64,000 bases of DNA from a bacterium (lineage in GTDB: Bacteria > Patescibacteriota > Minisyncoccia > Sungbacterales > HO2-52-23). Below, in pieces: positions 55,759 to 64,000 of this stretch. Under the pieces are notes generated by a model. That model saw nothing but the letters and a program-made list of their open reading frames with translations, was not told the DNA's origin and made no database searches. Made by a program: the position numbers and the translations under genes. Location: contig JAUYPW010000013.1 of NCBI GenBank assembly GCA_030697525.1, positions 2,293-66,292 on the forward strand. Reading direction: 5' to 3'. The stretch's first letter is position 1, and each line of letters begins with the position of its first letter.

Positions 55759-57182
55759 ACCGTAGTCACGTGTTTTTTAATCCGTAGCAAAGCATAGCCG
55801 GCCATTATAAGAACTAAAGAGTTTATAGGCTGCCGTACTCGGCCGGTAAGACCAATGCCCATAGTTGCTGCAGCGATTGAAAAATATACTACCACCAGCA
55901 AAATAAGCAGAATTTTTGCGTCGAGTTTGTTTTTAACCACATATTTAATTACTCCGCCAAGGGCCAGAACAGCAGCCGCTATCCACAGCAGACGGCTTAG
56001 AACTATAATTATGGCCGGACTGGCAAGATAAGAAACGATATGAGGTAGGTAGGAAAGTTTGGGGTGTGTGAGCATGGTAAATAGGGGAGGAGTGGGAAGT
56101 TTCAGGGTCTCGTAATCAGTTAGATAGCCGAGAAACTGCACAACCGTAATATAATTATCGTGGGTCCAGAATTGAAATACTCCTCCCAGCACGCTTAATA
56201 AAAATCCTTTCGGATGTTCTTTGATAGTTTGCCAAAGAATTCTGTTGTACTCCTTTTCCTTAGTTATATCTATATACGGCTGGGAGCCGTCGGGGGTTAT
56301 TTCTTTGAATAATTCGGTTTGGGCTTCGGCATAGGTGATATTTTTTCCCAGTGAAATTATAGAAGGAGCCCAGACAACAACACCTAAACCTGACCTGGCT
56401 GAAGTAAAACCCCAAACACCAAAAGTCTTATAGTTGCGGTAAATCCACGGCAAAATTGTTATATAGAATATGCTAGCCACTATAAATACCTGCACTATAA
56501 AAGTTTTCAAGGACAGATTCTTTGTTATTTTTTTCCATAAGGCAAACGCACAAAAAGCGTAAGGCAAATAAATAGTTATTGGTCTGACTAGCGTCGCCAG
56601 ACCAATAAACAACCCCAGCAATGCCAGTTGCCAAAAACTAGTTGATTTCTGCTCCCCATAATCAAGTAATTTTATAAACACAATTAAAAATAAGATGGTA
56701 AACAATGTTTCAGTGACCAGCTGGATTGATAAGAGAATAGATAGGGGTTCTAGAGCCAAAACAGTTCCTACGCCATAGGCTAATTTTTTATTTTGAGGAA
56801 ATAATTTAAGGCTTAGGAAATAGCTTAAAATTGGTATTATACTGCTGGCCAGTACCTGGATGAATAGAAATAATCCGATCGAATTACTAGCTATAAAAGG
56901 AGCCATTAACAGAGAATAACCCGGAGCCCTAAAACCATCATCCGAATAGATGTTGGTATCTTCGTCATAATGCGGCAAATCAAGCCCTTTAGCAAAATAT
57001 ATAGCTGACCTATAATAATCATCCAAGGCAATATTTTGGAGAAGATTATTTCCATAGTGAGCGTACGAAGCATAAAGAAAAACCAGCCGTAAAACTACGG
57101 CAATAATAAAGATTAAGACAAGCCATTTGTTTTTCAGTAAAGACTTTATTTTAATAAACATATTATTACTATAATATAACAT
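55755..57182 (-). CDS. GT-C fold membrane glycosyltransferase, ArnT/PMT (GT39/GT83)-like
   Basis: The N-terminal TM segment (WLVLIFIIAVVLRLVFLYASYAHYG) is followed by a periplasmic loop. A D-D-like loop is present (YDEDTNIYSDDGFRAPG). There are about 11 predicted TM helices. Confidence 0.55.
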   Translation of the reverse strand: MLYYSNNMFIKIKSLLKNKWLVLIFIIAVVLRLVFLYASYAHYGNNLLQNIALDDYYRSAIYFAKGLDLPHYDEDTNIYSDDGFRAPGYSLLMAPFIASNSIGLFLFIQVLASSIIPILSYFLSLKLFPQNKKLAYGVGTVLALEPLSILLSIQLVTETLFTILFLIVFIKLLDYGEQKSTSFWQLALLGLFIGLATLVRPITIYLPYAFCAFALWKKITKNLSLKTFIVQVFIVASIFYITILPWIYRNYKTFGVWGFTSARSGLGVVVWAPSIISLGKNITYAEAQTELFKEITPDGSQPYIDITKEKEYNRILWQTIKEHPKGFLLSVLGGVFQFWTHDNYITVVQFLGYLTDYETLKLPTPPLFTMLTHPKLSYLPHIVSYLASPAIIIVLSRLLWIAAAVLALGGVIKYVVKNKLDAKILLILLVVVYFSIAAATMGIGLTGRVRQPINSLVLIMAGYALLRIKKHVTTV

Positions 57183-57215
57183 TTCGCAAGGTGTTCAAGT
57201 TTTTTGTGGAAAATA

Positions 57216-57258
57216 AAAGCGATGCTAACCCCATAAGGTCACATCGCTTTTGTTTTTT
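57216..57258 (-). terminator. rho-independent terminator for the minus-strand TPP-enzyme operon
   Basis: On the minus strand: AAAAGCGATG-tgaccttatggggttag-CATCGCTTTTATTTT. Confidence 0.55.
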
Positions 57259-57271
57259 TAAAATTATTCTA

Positions 57272-58240
57272 TTAAGCCATCATGGCTCTGACCTCTTCTA
57301 TTATCTGCTCGGTGCTGGGGTGATAATTTTTTAGCAAATAAGGTGTGGCCGGAGCCGGAACTTCTGGAAGGGCGATTCGTTGGGGCTTTCTATCTAAATA
57401 CAGATTCTCGCATACCAGAGCAATGACTTCCGCAGAGACCCCGAAAGACCGCCACCCGGTATCGGCTACTATTAGCCGTCTTGTTTTAGCTACGGACTCA
57501 AGAATTACTCGACTATCCAAAGGACGAATAGAGCAGAGATCTATTACCTCAACACTTACTTCGTTTTCAAGTTGCTCGGCAACCTCCAATGCGTTTTGGA
57601 GCACAGCCGATACGGCAACGATAGTAATGTCACTTCCGACCCACGCCACCCTTGCTTGACCTAATGGAATCTCATAAAGCTCTTCTGGAACATGATCCTT
57701 TTGTTCAAACAAGGCTCGATGGTAAAGAACAATCACCGGATCGTCGTCGGCAATGGCTGAAAGCAACAATCCCTTCGCGTCGTAGGGCGTGGCTGGCATT
57801 ACTACCTTTAGACCCGGGATATGGGCAAATAAGGACTGAAGACTCTGGGAGTGCTGGGCTCCTTCGCCGGGTTTTCTAGCTATAAAACTCACCACAGTTA
57901 AAGGCACTTTATGGACACCAGCTGAAATATATCTGAATTTTGCCGCATTATTTACCAGCTGGTCCATGGTCAGCAACATAAAGTCATTACGCTGATGAAA
58001 AAGCACTGGGCGAAGACCGTCCATGGCAGCGCCTATGGCAATGCCGGTAAGCCCGTTTTCCGAAAGGGGGGTGTCAATCACCCTTTGGGGGCCAAAACGC
58101 TTAAAGGAAGGCAAGATCGTGCCATATATGCCGGTTATGTTATCAACCCCTTCACCCATAAGAAGTACTCTTGGGTCTTCCATGGCTTGGACCAGTCCAT
58201 CGGCTATGGCCTGAACGTAAGTCAATTGGCGATCTACCAT
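57272..58240 (-). CDS. thiamine-diphosphate enzyme beta subunit (transketolase C-terminal / 2-oxoacid dehydrogenase E1-beta-like)
   Basis: QLTYVQAIADGLVQAMEDPRVLLMGEGVD...RVIDTPLSENGLTGIAIGAAMDGLRPV is the typical E1-beta / transketolase Pyr domain. Confidence 0.8.
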   Translation of the reverse strand: MVDRQLTYVQAIADGLVQAMEDPRVLLMGEGVDNITGIYGTILPSFKRFGPQRVIDTPLSENGLTGIAIGAAMDGLRPVLFHQRNDFMLLTMDQLVNNAAKFRYISAGVHKVPLTVVSFIARKPGEGAQHSQSLQSLFAHIPGLKVVMPATPYDAKGLLLSAIADDDPVIVLYHRALFEQKDHVPEELYEIPLGQARVAWVGSDITIVAVSAVLQNALEVAEQLENEVSVEVIDLCSIRPLDSRVILESVAKTRRLIVADTGWRSFGVSAEVIALVCENLYLDRKPQRIALPEVPAPATPYLLKNYHPSTEQIIEEVRAMMA

Positions 58241-59184
58241 TGGTACAACTCCTTTTCTTCGGGCTCCGGGCTCGATTTAGCAAAATCAACCGCTTCCGCA
58301 ATTTCCGCGTTAATTTGTTCCGTCATCAGCGCAAAGTTTTTTTGGTTGATTAGGGCGCCTCCGAGCCTGTCGCTCAAACGCAGCAAAGGACATTTTTTTC
58401 GCCACATATCCCCTTCTGCTTCCCAGCGGTAGCCCAGATGCCAATCCTCTCCGGGTCCCCAATGTTCTTTTAGCCGGTAAGTCTTAGCTTCTAAAAACGA
58501 TGGTCCTTGGCCAGAAAGAGATCGGCCGATCATCTTCAAAGTCATCTCATATACACTCTCCACATCGTTTCCATCCACTGTCTCGGCGTAGACACCGTAA
58601 CCGGACAGGCGAGAAGCAATTTGGTCATTGGGTTGTCTTTTAATAATGTGAGAATGAGTTGCGTATAAATTATTCTCACACACAAAAATAACCGGCAGAT
58701 GATGTACTTGAGAAAAGTTTAGACTTTCCCAAAAAACACCTTCTTCAACTGCGCCATCTCCAAAGAAAGCAACAGTCACTCGTCTGATTCCTTTCAGTTG
58801 CGCGGAGAAAGCGGTACCCACAGCAATCGGAATACTTCCGGCAACTATAGGCAGAGACAAGAAAACGCCAGCAGAAGGTTCAAAAAGATGCATTGAACCG
58901 CCCTTTCCCCTGGAACAGCCACCTACTTTGCCCGCCAATTCGGCGTACATTTTCTTGAGACTTCCGCCCTTAGCCAGATAATGTGCGTGGCACCTGTGGG
59001 TTGAAACTATCAAGTCTTCTTCGGCCAGCGCCTGGCATACTCCCACAGCCACAGCTTCCTGACCGGTGGAGAGATGCATCAGCGAGCGTATTTCATTCGC
59101 GTGCCAAAGTTCAATCAATTTTTCTTCCGCTAGTCTGATTCGCAACATTTCGCGGTAAAACTGGCTAAGTAATTCTTCTGTCAT
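58234..59184 (-). CDS. thiamine-diphosphate enzyme alpha subunit (E1-alpha / transketolase N-terminal-like, TPP-binding)
   Basis: The TPP-binding region is HLSTGQEAVAVG...STHRCHAHYLAKGG...GKGGSMHLF, with GDGAVEEG. It overlaps the beta-subunit gene by 7 nt. Confidence 0.8.
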   Translation of the reverse strand: MTEELLSQFYREMLRIRLAEEKLIELWHANEIRSLMHLSTGQEAVAVGVCQALAEEDLIVSTHRCHAHYLAKGGSLKKMYAELAGKVGGCSRGKGGSMHLFEPSAGVFLSLPIVAGSIPIAVGTAFSAQLKGIRRVTVAFFGDGAVEEGVFWESLNFSQVHHLPVIFVCENNLYATHSHIIKRQPNDQIASRLSGYGVYAETVDGNDVESVYEMTLKMIGRSLSGQGPSFLEAKTYRLKEHWGPGEDWHLGYRWEAEGDMWRKKCPLLRLSDRLGGALINQKNFALMTEQINAEIAEAVDFAKSSPEPEEKELYQW

Positions 59185-59268
59185 AACCTTCTCCTTTCTC
59201 GCAGATTGTCAAAAAACCACCCCAATTATAGTTTTCTTAGAATACATTTTTTATCAAAATTTGTAAAC

Positions 59269-59297
59269 TTGACAACAATAGCATAAGCTAGTAGATT
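59269..59297 (+). promoter_or_regulatory. sigma70-like promoter TTGACA - 17 nt - TAGATT, third member of the extended promoter family
   Basis: TTGACAACAATAGCATAAGCTAGTAGATT matches TGACAAGTTTAGCATAAACTAGGTAGTAT (22752) at 22 of 29 positions. The SD GAAAGGAG lies ~50 nt downstream, before the ATG at 59358. Confidence 0.45.
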
Positions 59298-59357
59298 ATA
59301 AACAGGTCTAAGTAATTAAATATTGAGGGTTAATCCACCACTCTCTTAGAAAGGAGA

Positions 59358-59867
59358 TTGGTTATGGCACGAGAAGGGTTCTGGCAGGAAGTTGAGCAGG
59401 CTATCATTCTACAGGACTATGCTATTGCCCTAGAAGGGCAGCAAAAGATCGATGAGGTTGTGAAGAACAAGGCAGATGTGTGGCGCAAGGTTTTAATTGA
59501 ATTAATTCCAGAGATTCGAGATGGTCATACTAAGGTTTCTTCATATAAATTCGGTGAAGGATCGGAAGGGGATAGTGTAACATATGGCTATAAAATTCTT
59601 TCCAAAAATTACCGTTTTTATATCGAATGTTTTTATCCCCCAGGTAACTCGAAAGAACTTAGGCGTTTCAGCGTACATGTAAAAAGTGGTTTTTGGGGTT
59701 TATTCAGTAGGTGTATTGTGCGTTTTGATATCAACAAGCTTATTTGTTCGGGTCAGAAACTTAGCTCATTAGCCCAGATGCCAAACGCTTGCGTGCAGGT
59801 TCATAACATTCTTGATCAAATGTCCGCCAACAAAGAGGTAAATCAGATGTTCACTAGAAAGAGCTAG
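59358..59867 (+). CDS. hypothetical protein (169 aa), no recognisable domain
   Basis: It has a strong SD (AAAGGAGATTGGTT-ATG), a predicted promoter upstream and a bidirectional terminator downstream. Confidence 0.5.
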   Translation: MVMAREGFWQEVEQAIILQDYAIALEGQQKIDEVVKNKADVWRKVLIELIPEIRDGHTKVSSYKFGEGSEGDSVTYGYKILSKNYRFYIECFYPPGNSKELRRFSVHVKSGFWGLFSRCIVRFDINKLICSGQKLSSLAQMPNACVQVHNILDQMSANKEVNQMFTRKS

Positions 59868-59897
59868 ATGAAACTATAAAGTTAGAAAACTAAAAAA

Positions 59898-59932
59898 TAA
59901 ATCCACCAGCCTAGTGCCGGTGGATTTTTGTT
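59898..59932. terminator. bidirectional rho-independent terminator between convergent genes
   Basis: AAAAAATAAATCCACC-agcctagtgcc-GGTGGATTTTTGTTT. Confidence 0.7.
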
Positions 59933-59938
59933 TGAAAA

Positions 59939-61147
59939 TCAAATCACATTACCCCGATGAGGAAAGGGAAGAGTCTCCAATGTTACTAACTCGGCCTGTT
60001 GCTCCTCGGGAGACATTTGCTGGAATTTGAGGAGATACCTGTTTTCCTTGTCCGGATGGCAAGTCTTCCGGCAAACACTGATGTCAAAATCCTTCATAAA
60101 CTCCAGATGCTGACGACGTCGTTCCCCGAACCAAATTTCATTTATAGTTTGGGTGTTGATATTTCCTAGATGAAAGTCTGCGTTTGTCCAATGAGCTGAA
60201 CAGCTGATCCAAACTCCATCTGCCTGCACATACGACCAAAGGGTCGGTGTGGCCAAACATCTGGCGTAACCACGATCAGTTTCTTCATACTCTTTGAAAC
60301 GACTGAAGCGAAATATTACTTCAAAATCATCTGTTTGGTACCGATCTCGGAGCATGTCTCCGGTATCCATAATTTCGTCCATCATACCGGCATAGCTCAT
60401 GTCGCCATACAACTTCATGGTCTCGGTGCTATACGGATGCTGGCTATAGGGCTTGAAAGAAACATAATCAAGCCCCGTATCCCTGGCTTTCTGGGCGAGA
60501 TCTTCAACATTTGGCCAGTTGGGGGGAATACGTTTACCATCTTCAAGAACAGCTTCCTTGACCAAGATGGTCATGTTTGCGCCAATTTGGCAAGTGCTTC
60601 CCGACTCTCTTTTGATTCTGACCAGGTTTGCCAGATTCTTCCACAAACGTTCCCAATCGTGAGTGCCGGTTTTATGTATCAGAGCATAGCTTTCGGCAGT
60701 TCCTGCATTTATACTTATTTGGATATACACGTTGGTAAACGGCAATATTTCGTGAATACGTTTCTCTGTAAGTGCGACACCATTGCTCAACATGGCCACA
60801 TCAATTCCTGCCGATCGAGCATACCCAAATATTTTACCAAGTTTTGGGTGAAGCATGGGCTCGCCCTCACCGGCAAACTGAATGCTTTTAATTCCCAAAC
60901 CATCCGGATCTTTTTCGCGAAGCTCTTTTATTTCGGCAAATCGTTCGGCCAAAATAGAGTCTTTGAGATAGTTGGTTTTGTAGCCCAGCATTTCTGGCGC
61001 GCAGAAGGTGCATCGATGGTTGCACGCGCCGGCCGGTGACATTTCTATGTAAACAGGTGGCACTGAAAATGGATCATCATTCCAACGTTTGATCCAAACA
61101 GGGTGATACTTTATCTTTGCGCTTTCAATCCAGTCTCGGATTCTCAT
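59939..61147 (-). CDS. radical SAM enzyme with C-terminal Cys-rich (SPASM/twitch-like) extension
   Basis: The CX3CX2C motif is SPAGACNHRCTFCAPE and the GGEP-like SAM motif is IQFAGEGEPMLHP. C-terminal cysteines lie in ...WISCSAHW...DISVCRKTCHPD. Confidence 0.75.
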   Translation of the reverse strand: MRIRDWIESAKIKYHPVWIKRWNDDPFSVPPVYIEMSPAGACNHRCTFCAPEMLGYKTNYLKDSILAERFAEIKELREKDPDGLGIKSIQFAGEGEPMLHPKLGKIFGYARSAGIDVAMLSNGVALTEKRIHEILPFTNVYIQISINAGTAESYALIHKTGTHDWERLWKNLANLVRIKRESGSTCQIGANMTILVKEAVLEDGKRIPPNWPNVEDLAQKARDTGLDYVSFKPYSQHPYSTETMKLYGDMSYAGMMDEIMDTGDMLRDRYQTDDFEVIFRFSRFKEYEETDRGYARCLATPTLWSYVQADGVWISCSAHWTNADFHLGNINTQTINEIWFGERRRQHLEFMKDFDISVCRKTCHPDKENRYLLKFQQMSPEEQQAELVTLETLPFPHRGNVI

Positions 61148-61279
61148 AACAAGAACTCACTCCCTTTTCGGTTAGATTGTGGTTGTCAAATAGCAATCAA
61201 CTTGGAGAACCCACTCTCCTATAATTTTAACCAACAAAAACCGGAATAAGTTACTTATAACTGATTTAGGTAACCAACC

Positions 61280-62086
61280 CTATTTTTTAATTCTAAATAT
61301 GACGCTTGCTCTCCCCCCAACTTCTCTCTGCCAGTAGACAACATCCAAGACGGTACCAAAAAGATTTAGTAATTCATTTGGTCCACCTCGTAAACGTGAC
61401 ACCTTGTTAATTGGTTCGGATTTTTCAATTGGCGGGGGGATGCTGAATCCTATGGCAACAAGAGCGCCGTTTTTTGCAACTCGTATTATCTCAGAGATTG
61501 CCTTATCCAGGTTATAACAGTATGTTAAAACCCACGCGCAAATTATCGTATCAAAACTGTTATCTTCAAAAGACATACAATGAATATCCATAACTAAAAT
61601 TTTAGGACTATAAGAAAAAAGATCAATACCTACAGTATTTTTTAGTTTAAATCCATGCATCCACAACAGCAATAATTCTCCCTCGTTTCTTGGCCCGACA
61701 GAAAGCGTCCGACCTTCAAGTTTTGCTGGTATGATTTTTAATATGTAAATTAGGAATTCTATTCTATGTCTAGCAAAATTAAAAATATTGAGTTTTTTCC
61801 ACAAATTATGATTTATAACAAGAGTATTATGCCGACTCGTAGGGTTTATTTCAATCTGCTTACATCTGAACCCTTTCTTTGAAAGAAAATAGAACGCTCT
61901 CACCATCATCAATGAATAAATAAACCACCGCGAAAGTTTTATATATTCCCATAAGGTGCGGACAAAAAGAGGCCGGTGCGGATACAAAGCATATTGGGGC
62001 GGAAAATTATTTTTTAAATACCTAAAAATGTGAATCTTCGGTTGAGAAGAGATATCTTTTTCGGTTTTTTTTATACCATGTGGCAT
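61280..62086 (-). CDS. putative class I SAM-dependent methyltransferase
   Basis: It has the Rossmann-fold MTase-like core (TLSVGPRNEGELLLLWMHGF...FEDNSFDTIICAWVLTY...AKNGALVAIG). The motifs are degenerate. Confidence 0.5.
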   Translation of the reverse strand: MPHGIKKTEKDISSQPKIHIFRYLKNNFPPQYALYPHRPLFVRTLWEYIKLSRWFIYSLMMVRAFYFLSKKGFRCKQIEINPTSRHNTLVINHNLWKKLNIFNFARHRIEFLIYILKIIPAKLEGRTLSVGPRNEGELLLLWMHGFKLKNTVGIDLFSYSPKILVMDIHCMSFEDNSFDTIICAWVLTYCYNLDKAISEIIRVAKNGALVAIGFSIPPPIEKSEPINKVSRLRGGPNELLNLFGTVLDVVYWQREVGGRASVIFRIKK

Positions 62087-62091
62087 TTTAT

Positions 62092-62838
62092 CTATTTAAA
62101 TAATTCAAAATGGATATTTCTTTTAGGAATTTTCTTTCTTGATAAGAAAGCGGACATATCATGAACAAAATGTGAACCGCCACAGAGATAAAAATCAGCA
62201 GTTTTGTCAAAATTTACCTTGTTTAGGTGTGAGGCAAACTCTGAAGTAATGCCGGTTCCTGTTTCAGACTCCTTTAAGAAAATGGAGTAGTTAAAATTAT
62301 TATAGATCTTTCTTAGTGTAACTAACTCATCCTTTAAAAATAATTCTTTTTTGTTTTGGACAAAAAAGAAACACCATAGTTTCGTGCTAACTTTTTTTAC
62401 TTCAAGTAAATCATAGATCATTGACCTCAAAGGAGCAATTCCAGTACCGGAAGTTAAGAAAAAAATTGTGTGAGACAAAGTTTTTATCCTAAAAGAGCCC
62501 TTTGGGCCACAAAATTGAATTGGTGAGCCCAACTCTACTCGTTCAAAAAAATCTGAGGCTACACCACCGGCGGTTATTTTAACCAATAATTCTAAAAAAT
62601 AGGGTTCCTTTGGGGAAGAGGCTATAGAAAAAGGGCGGTCAACAAATATACTGCCAGCTGGGATTTTCAAAACAATATACTGCCCAGCACGAAAATTAAT
62701 TTTCTTACGATCGGCAAGATGTAAGCGTACTATAAGTACAGTTGGAGTAAGATGCCTTTTTTTTTCAATAATCGCGGTGAAATAACGTGTCCTCATAGCC
62801 CCCGTTTTAATCTCCTGAAAACATCTCTTATTAACCAC
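62092..62838 (-). CDS. ferredoxin-NADP+ reductase-like FAD/NAD(P)-binding oxidoreductase (no Fe-S domain)
   Basis: The FAD-binding motif is RPFSIASSP (RxYS-type) and the NAD(P) motif is LTSGTGIAPLRSM. It ends with CGGSHFV, an FNR-fold C-terminus. Confidence 0.7.
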   Translation of the reverse strand: MVNKRCFQEIKTGAMRTRYFTAIIEKKRHLTPTVLIVRLHLADRKKINFRAGQYIVLKIPAGSIFVDRPFSIASSPKEPYFLELLVKITAGGVASDFFERVELGSPIQFCGPKGSFRIKTLSHTIFFLTSGTGIAPLRSMIYDLLEVKKVSTKLWCFFFVQNKKELFLKDELVTLRKIYNNFNYSIFLKESETGTGITSEFASHLNKVNFDKTADFYLCGGSHFVHDMSAFLSRKKIPKRNIHFELFK

Positions 62839-63761
62839 ACAACATATAAGCCCGGAATCTTTGAGGCAAAAAAGTTAAACCAGTAGCGATTAGTGGCATA
62901 ACCTTTGGTAATACTTGCGGGTGGATTGGTATGTGTTCCAATAAGAATATCTCGTGATTTCCGATGGCAATGAAAAAACAGCGTGGGAAATGTATGACCG
63001 CGGTGATGTACTACTACACATCCACGGCTATCAGTTTCTTGTAGTAGTCTTACGCCGCGCTCTCCAAATATCTCATCAACATCAATAACAAATGTACCAT
63101 ATGGTCCCACTGATATCTCCGAACCAGGTACGCTTTTTCCACGCAAGTTGCGCAACTGCGGCCTAAGAGTAACCACATCGGCGTAGCCAGGCTCTGAAGA
63201 ATGATTGAAAAAGGTAATCAGGGTTTTTTTCTCCGGTGTGCTAATAACCGCGGGACAGTACATAAGATATTGCTGATTTTCTTTGCGACCACCCACATTG
63301 AGAATTTTTAACGCGCCCAATCCAATATGACAAGCGCTTTTTGTCACTGACGACGACCAGATACTGACGAAATCTCTCTGAGAGAGATCTTCGGTCATGA
63401 TGTCTATAGGATGGACGACGCAGAAGACGCTTCCTCGGAACTGAAAAATTCCAATTTTTTGAAGTTCACTCTTGACATTAAGTCTAACCGATTGACCCGG
63501 AGCTAGGGTATGTATCTCGGGTACAAAATTTGGCACCTCTTTTCCATCAAGATGAAACATAAGAAGAAGCACCTCTTCACGTCCCACGCTGGGATTCTGA
63601 TAAATAAATTCACAGTCCTGGTAGGGTTTTTCAAGGTGGACATAACTGGAGAATAAACATTTATGTTCTTGTTTGAGAAGAGGATCCAGCAACTGTTTAT
63701 AGTTAGAGTAACTCATAAATTCTTTAATTATTACCAAGAACTTGTCTCTAAAGATGTTCAC
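62793..63761 (-). CDS. hypothetical protein (322 aa), His/Cys-rich C-terminal segment
   Basis: It has no recognisable family. It overlaps the FNR-like gene by 46 nt, in the same operon as the radical SAM and MTase genes. Confidence 0.4.
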   Translation of the reverse strand: MNIFRDKFLVIIKEFMSYSNYKQLLDPLLKQEHKCLFSSYVHLEKPYQDCEFIYQNPSVGREEVLLLMFHLDGKEVPNFVPEIHTLAPGQSVRLNVKSELQKIGIFQFRGSVFCVVHPIDIMTEDLSQRDFVSIWSSSVTKSACHIGLGALKILNVGGRKENQQYLMYCPAVISTPEKKTLITFFNHSSEPGYADVVTLRPQLRNLRGKSVPGSEISVGPYGTFVIDVDEIFGERGVRLLQETDSRGCVVVHHRGHTFPTLFFHCHRKSRDILIGTHTNPPASITKGYATNRYWFNFFASKIPGLYVVWLIRDVFRRLKRGL

Positions 63762-63993
63762 CCATAATAGCCTCCCCGTTCGAAAATATTATAAACGGCT
63801 TAGAAAGAAAATTTTCTCCAACAACTTTAAGGCCAAATGGTTTATCTTGAATATGGTCTGCAAGAGAGGGGTAACTATCAAATAAATCAAGTAGGTGACA
63901 CTGTCCCGGCCTCATTGAGGGTACTTGATAAACCCGTTCATTATTTTCAAAATTGATAAACGTCAACGATGCCTTTGCACAGGAAGGGTGCAA
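63748..63993 (-). CDS. hypothetical protein; window-truncated ORF, no start within window
   Basis: The ORF continues to the window edge and overlaps the downstream gene by 14 nt. It could be a separate gene or the N-terminal part of the 62793..63761 protein (frameshift). Confidence 0.25.
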   Translation of the reverse strand: MHPSCAKASLTFINFENNERVYQVPSMRPGQCHLLDLFDSYPSLADHIQDKPFGLKVVGENFLSKPFIIFSNGEAIMGEHL

Positions 63994-64000
63994 GAAAGAA

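Noticed and set aside
1-64000. CRISPR arrays, rRNA/tRNA genes, transposases or integrases, toxin-antitoxin or restriction-modification genes
   Set aside because: I looked for regularly spaced direct repeats and for nuclease, recombinase or transposase signatures. The only tandem arrays are in-frame coding repeats and the 7-mer SSR. Nothing supports a mobile element or defence system in this window.

Overview
This 64 kb window is almost entirely a surface-glycan and surface-protein island. Small overlapping genes, lamin-tail-domain proteins and AT-rich intergenic DNA suggest a Patescibacteria/CPR-like bacterium, but that is inference. There are no rRNA or tRNA genes, no CRISPR array and no transposase or integrase. 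The layout, 5' to 3':
(1) A partial galU 3' end.
(2) About 10 kb of paralogous secreted or cell-wall-anchored proteins. The largest is 1218 aa. Several share a signal peptide, a coiled coil and a PG_binding_1 domain.
(3) A long co-directional operon from about 10.8 to 34.7 kb. It holds six GT4 glycosyltransferases (one a tandem GT4 fusion carrying an in-frame heptanucleotide repeat), a GtrA-like flippase, AsnB-like amidotransferase, four SAM methyltransferases, a B12-binding radical SAM enzyme, a complete GDP-heptose module (GmhA, GmhB, HddA-like kinase, HddC-like nucleotidyltransferase, transaldolase), a DegT aminotransferase, a GtrB-like GT2, Gmd and a large polytopic membrane protein.
(4) A KpsS/Capsule_synth-like gene and an FkbM methyltransferase on the minus strand, facing a sulfation module on the plus strand. 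That module is an unusual pyruvate-kinase-like/ATP-sulfurylase/APS-kinase fusion followed by a putative sulfotransferase. Downstream on the minus strand, converging on that module, is a YfhO-like GT-C membrane protein.
(5) A legionaminic-acid-type nonulosonic acid cluster with a WbuXYZ-like acetamidino-forming trio, NeuA/B/C homologues, a NeuD-like acetyltransferase, a DegT aminotransferase, a PseB/LegB-type dehydratase and a Wzx flippase.
(6) A minus-strand set with an ArnT-like GT-C, a split thiamine-diphosphate enzyme (alpha and beta subunits), a SPASM-type radical SAM protein, a methyltransferase, an FNR-like reductase and unknowns.
Notable non-coding features are a family of long palindromic bidirectional terminators carrying perfect DnaA-box 9-mers; a conserved extended promoter present three times, one copy including a duplicated gene start; and a 270-nt nested-palindrome element immediately upstream of the neuB-like gene.
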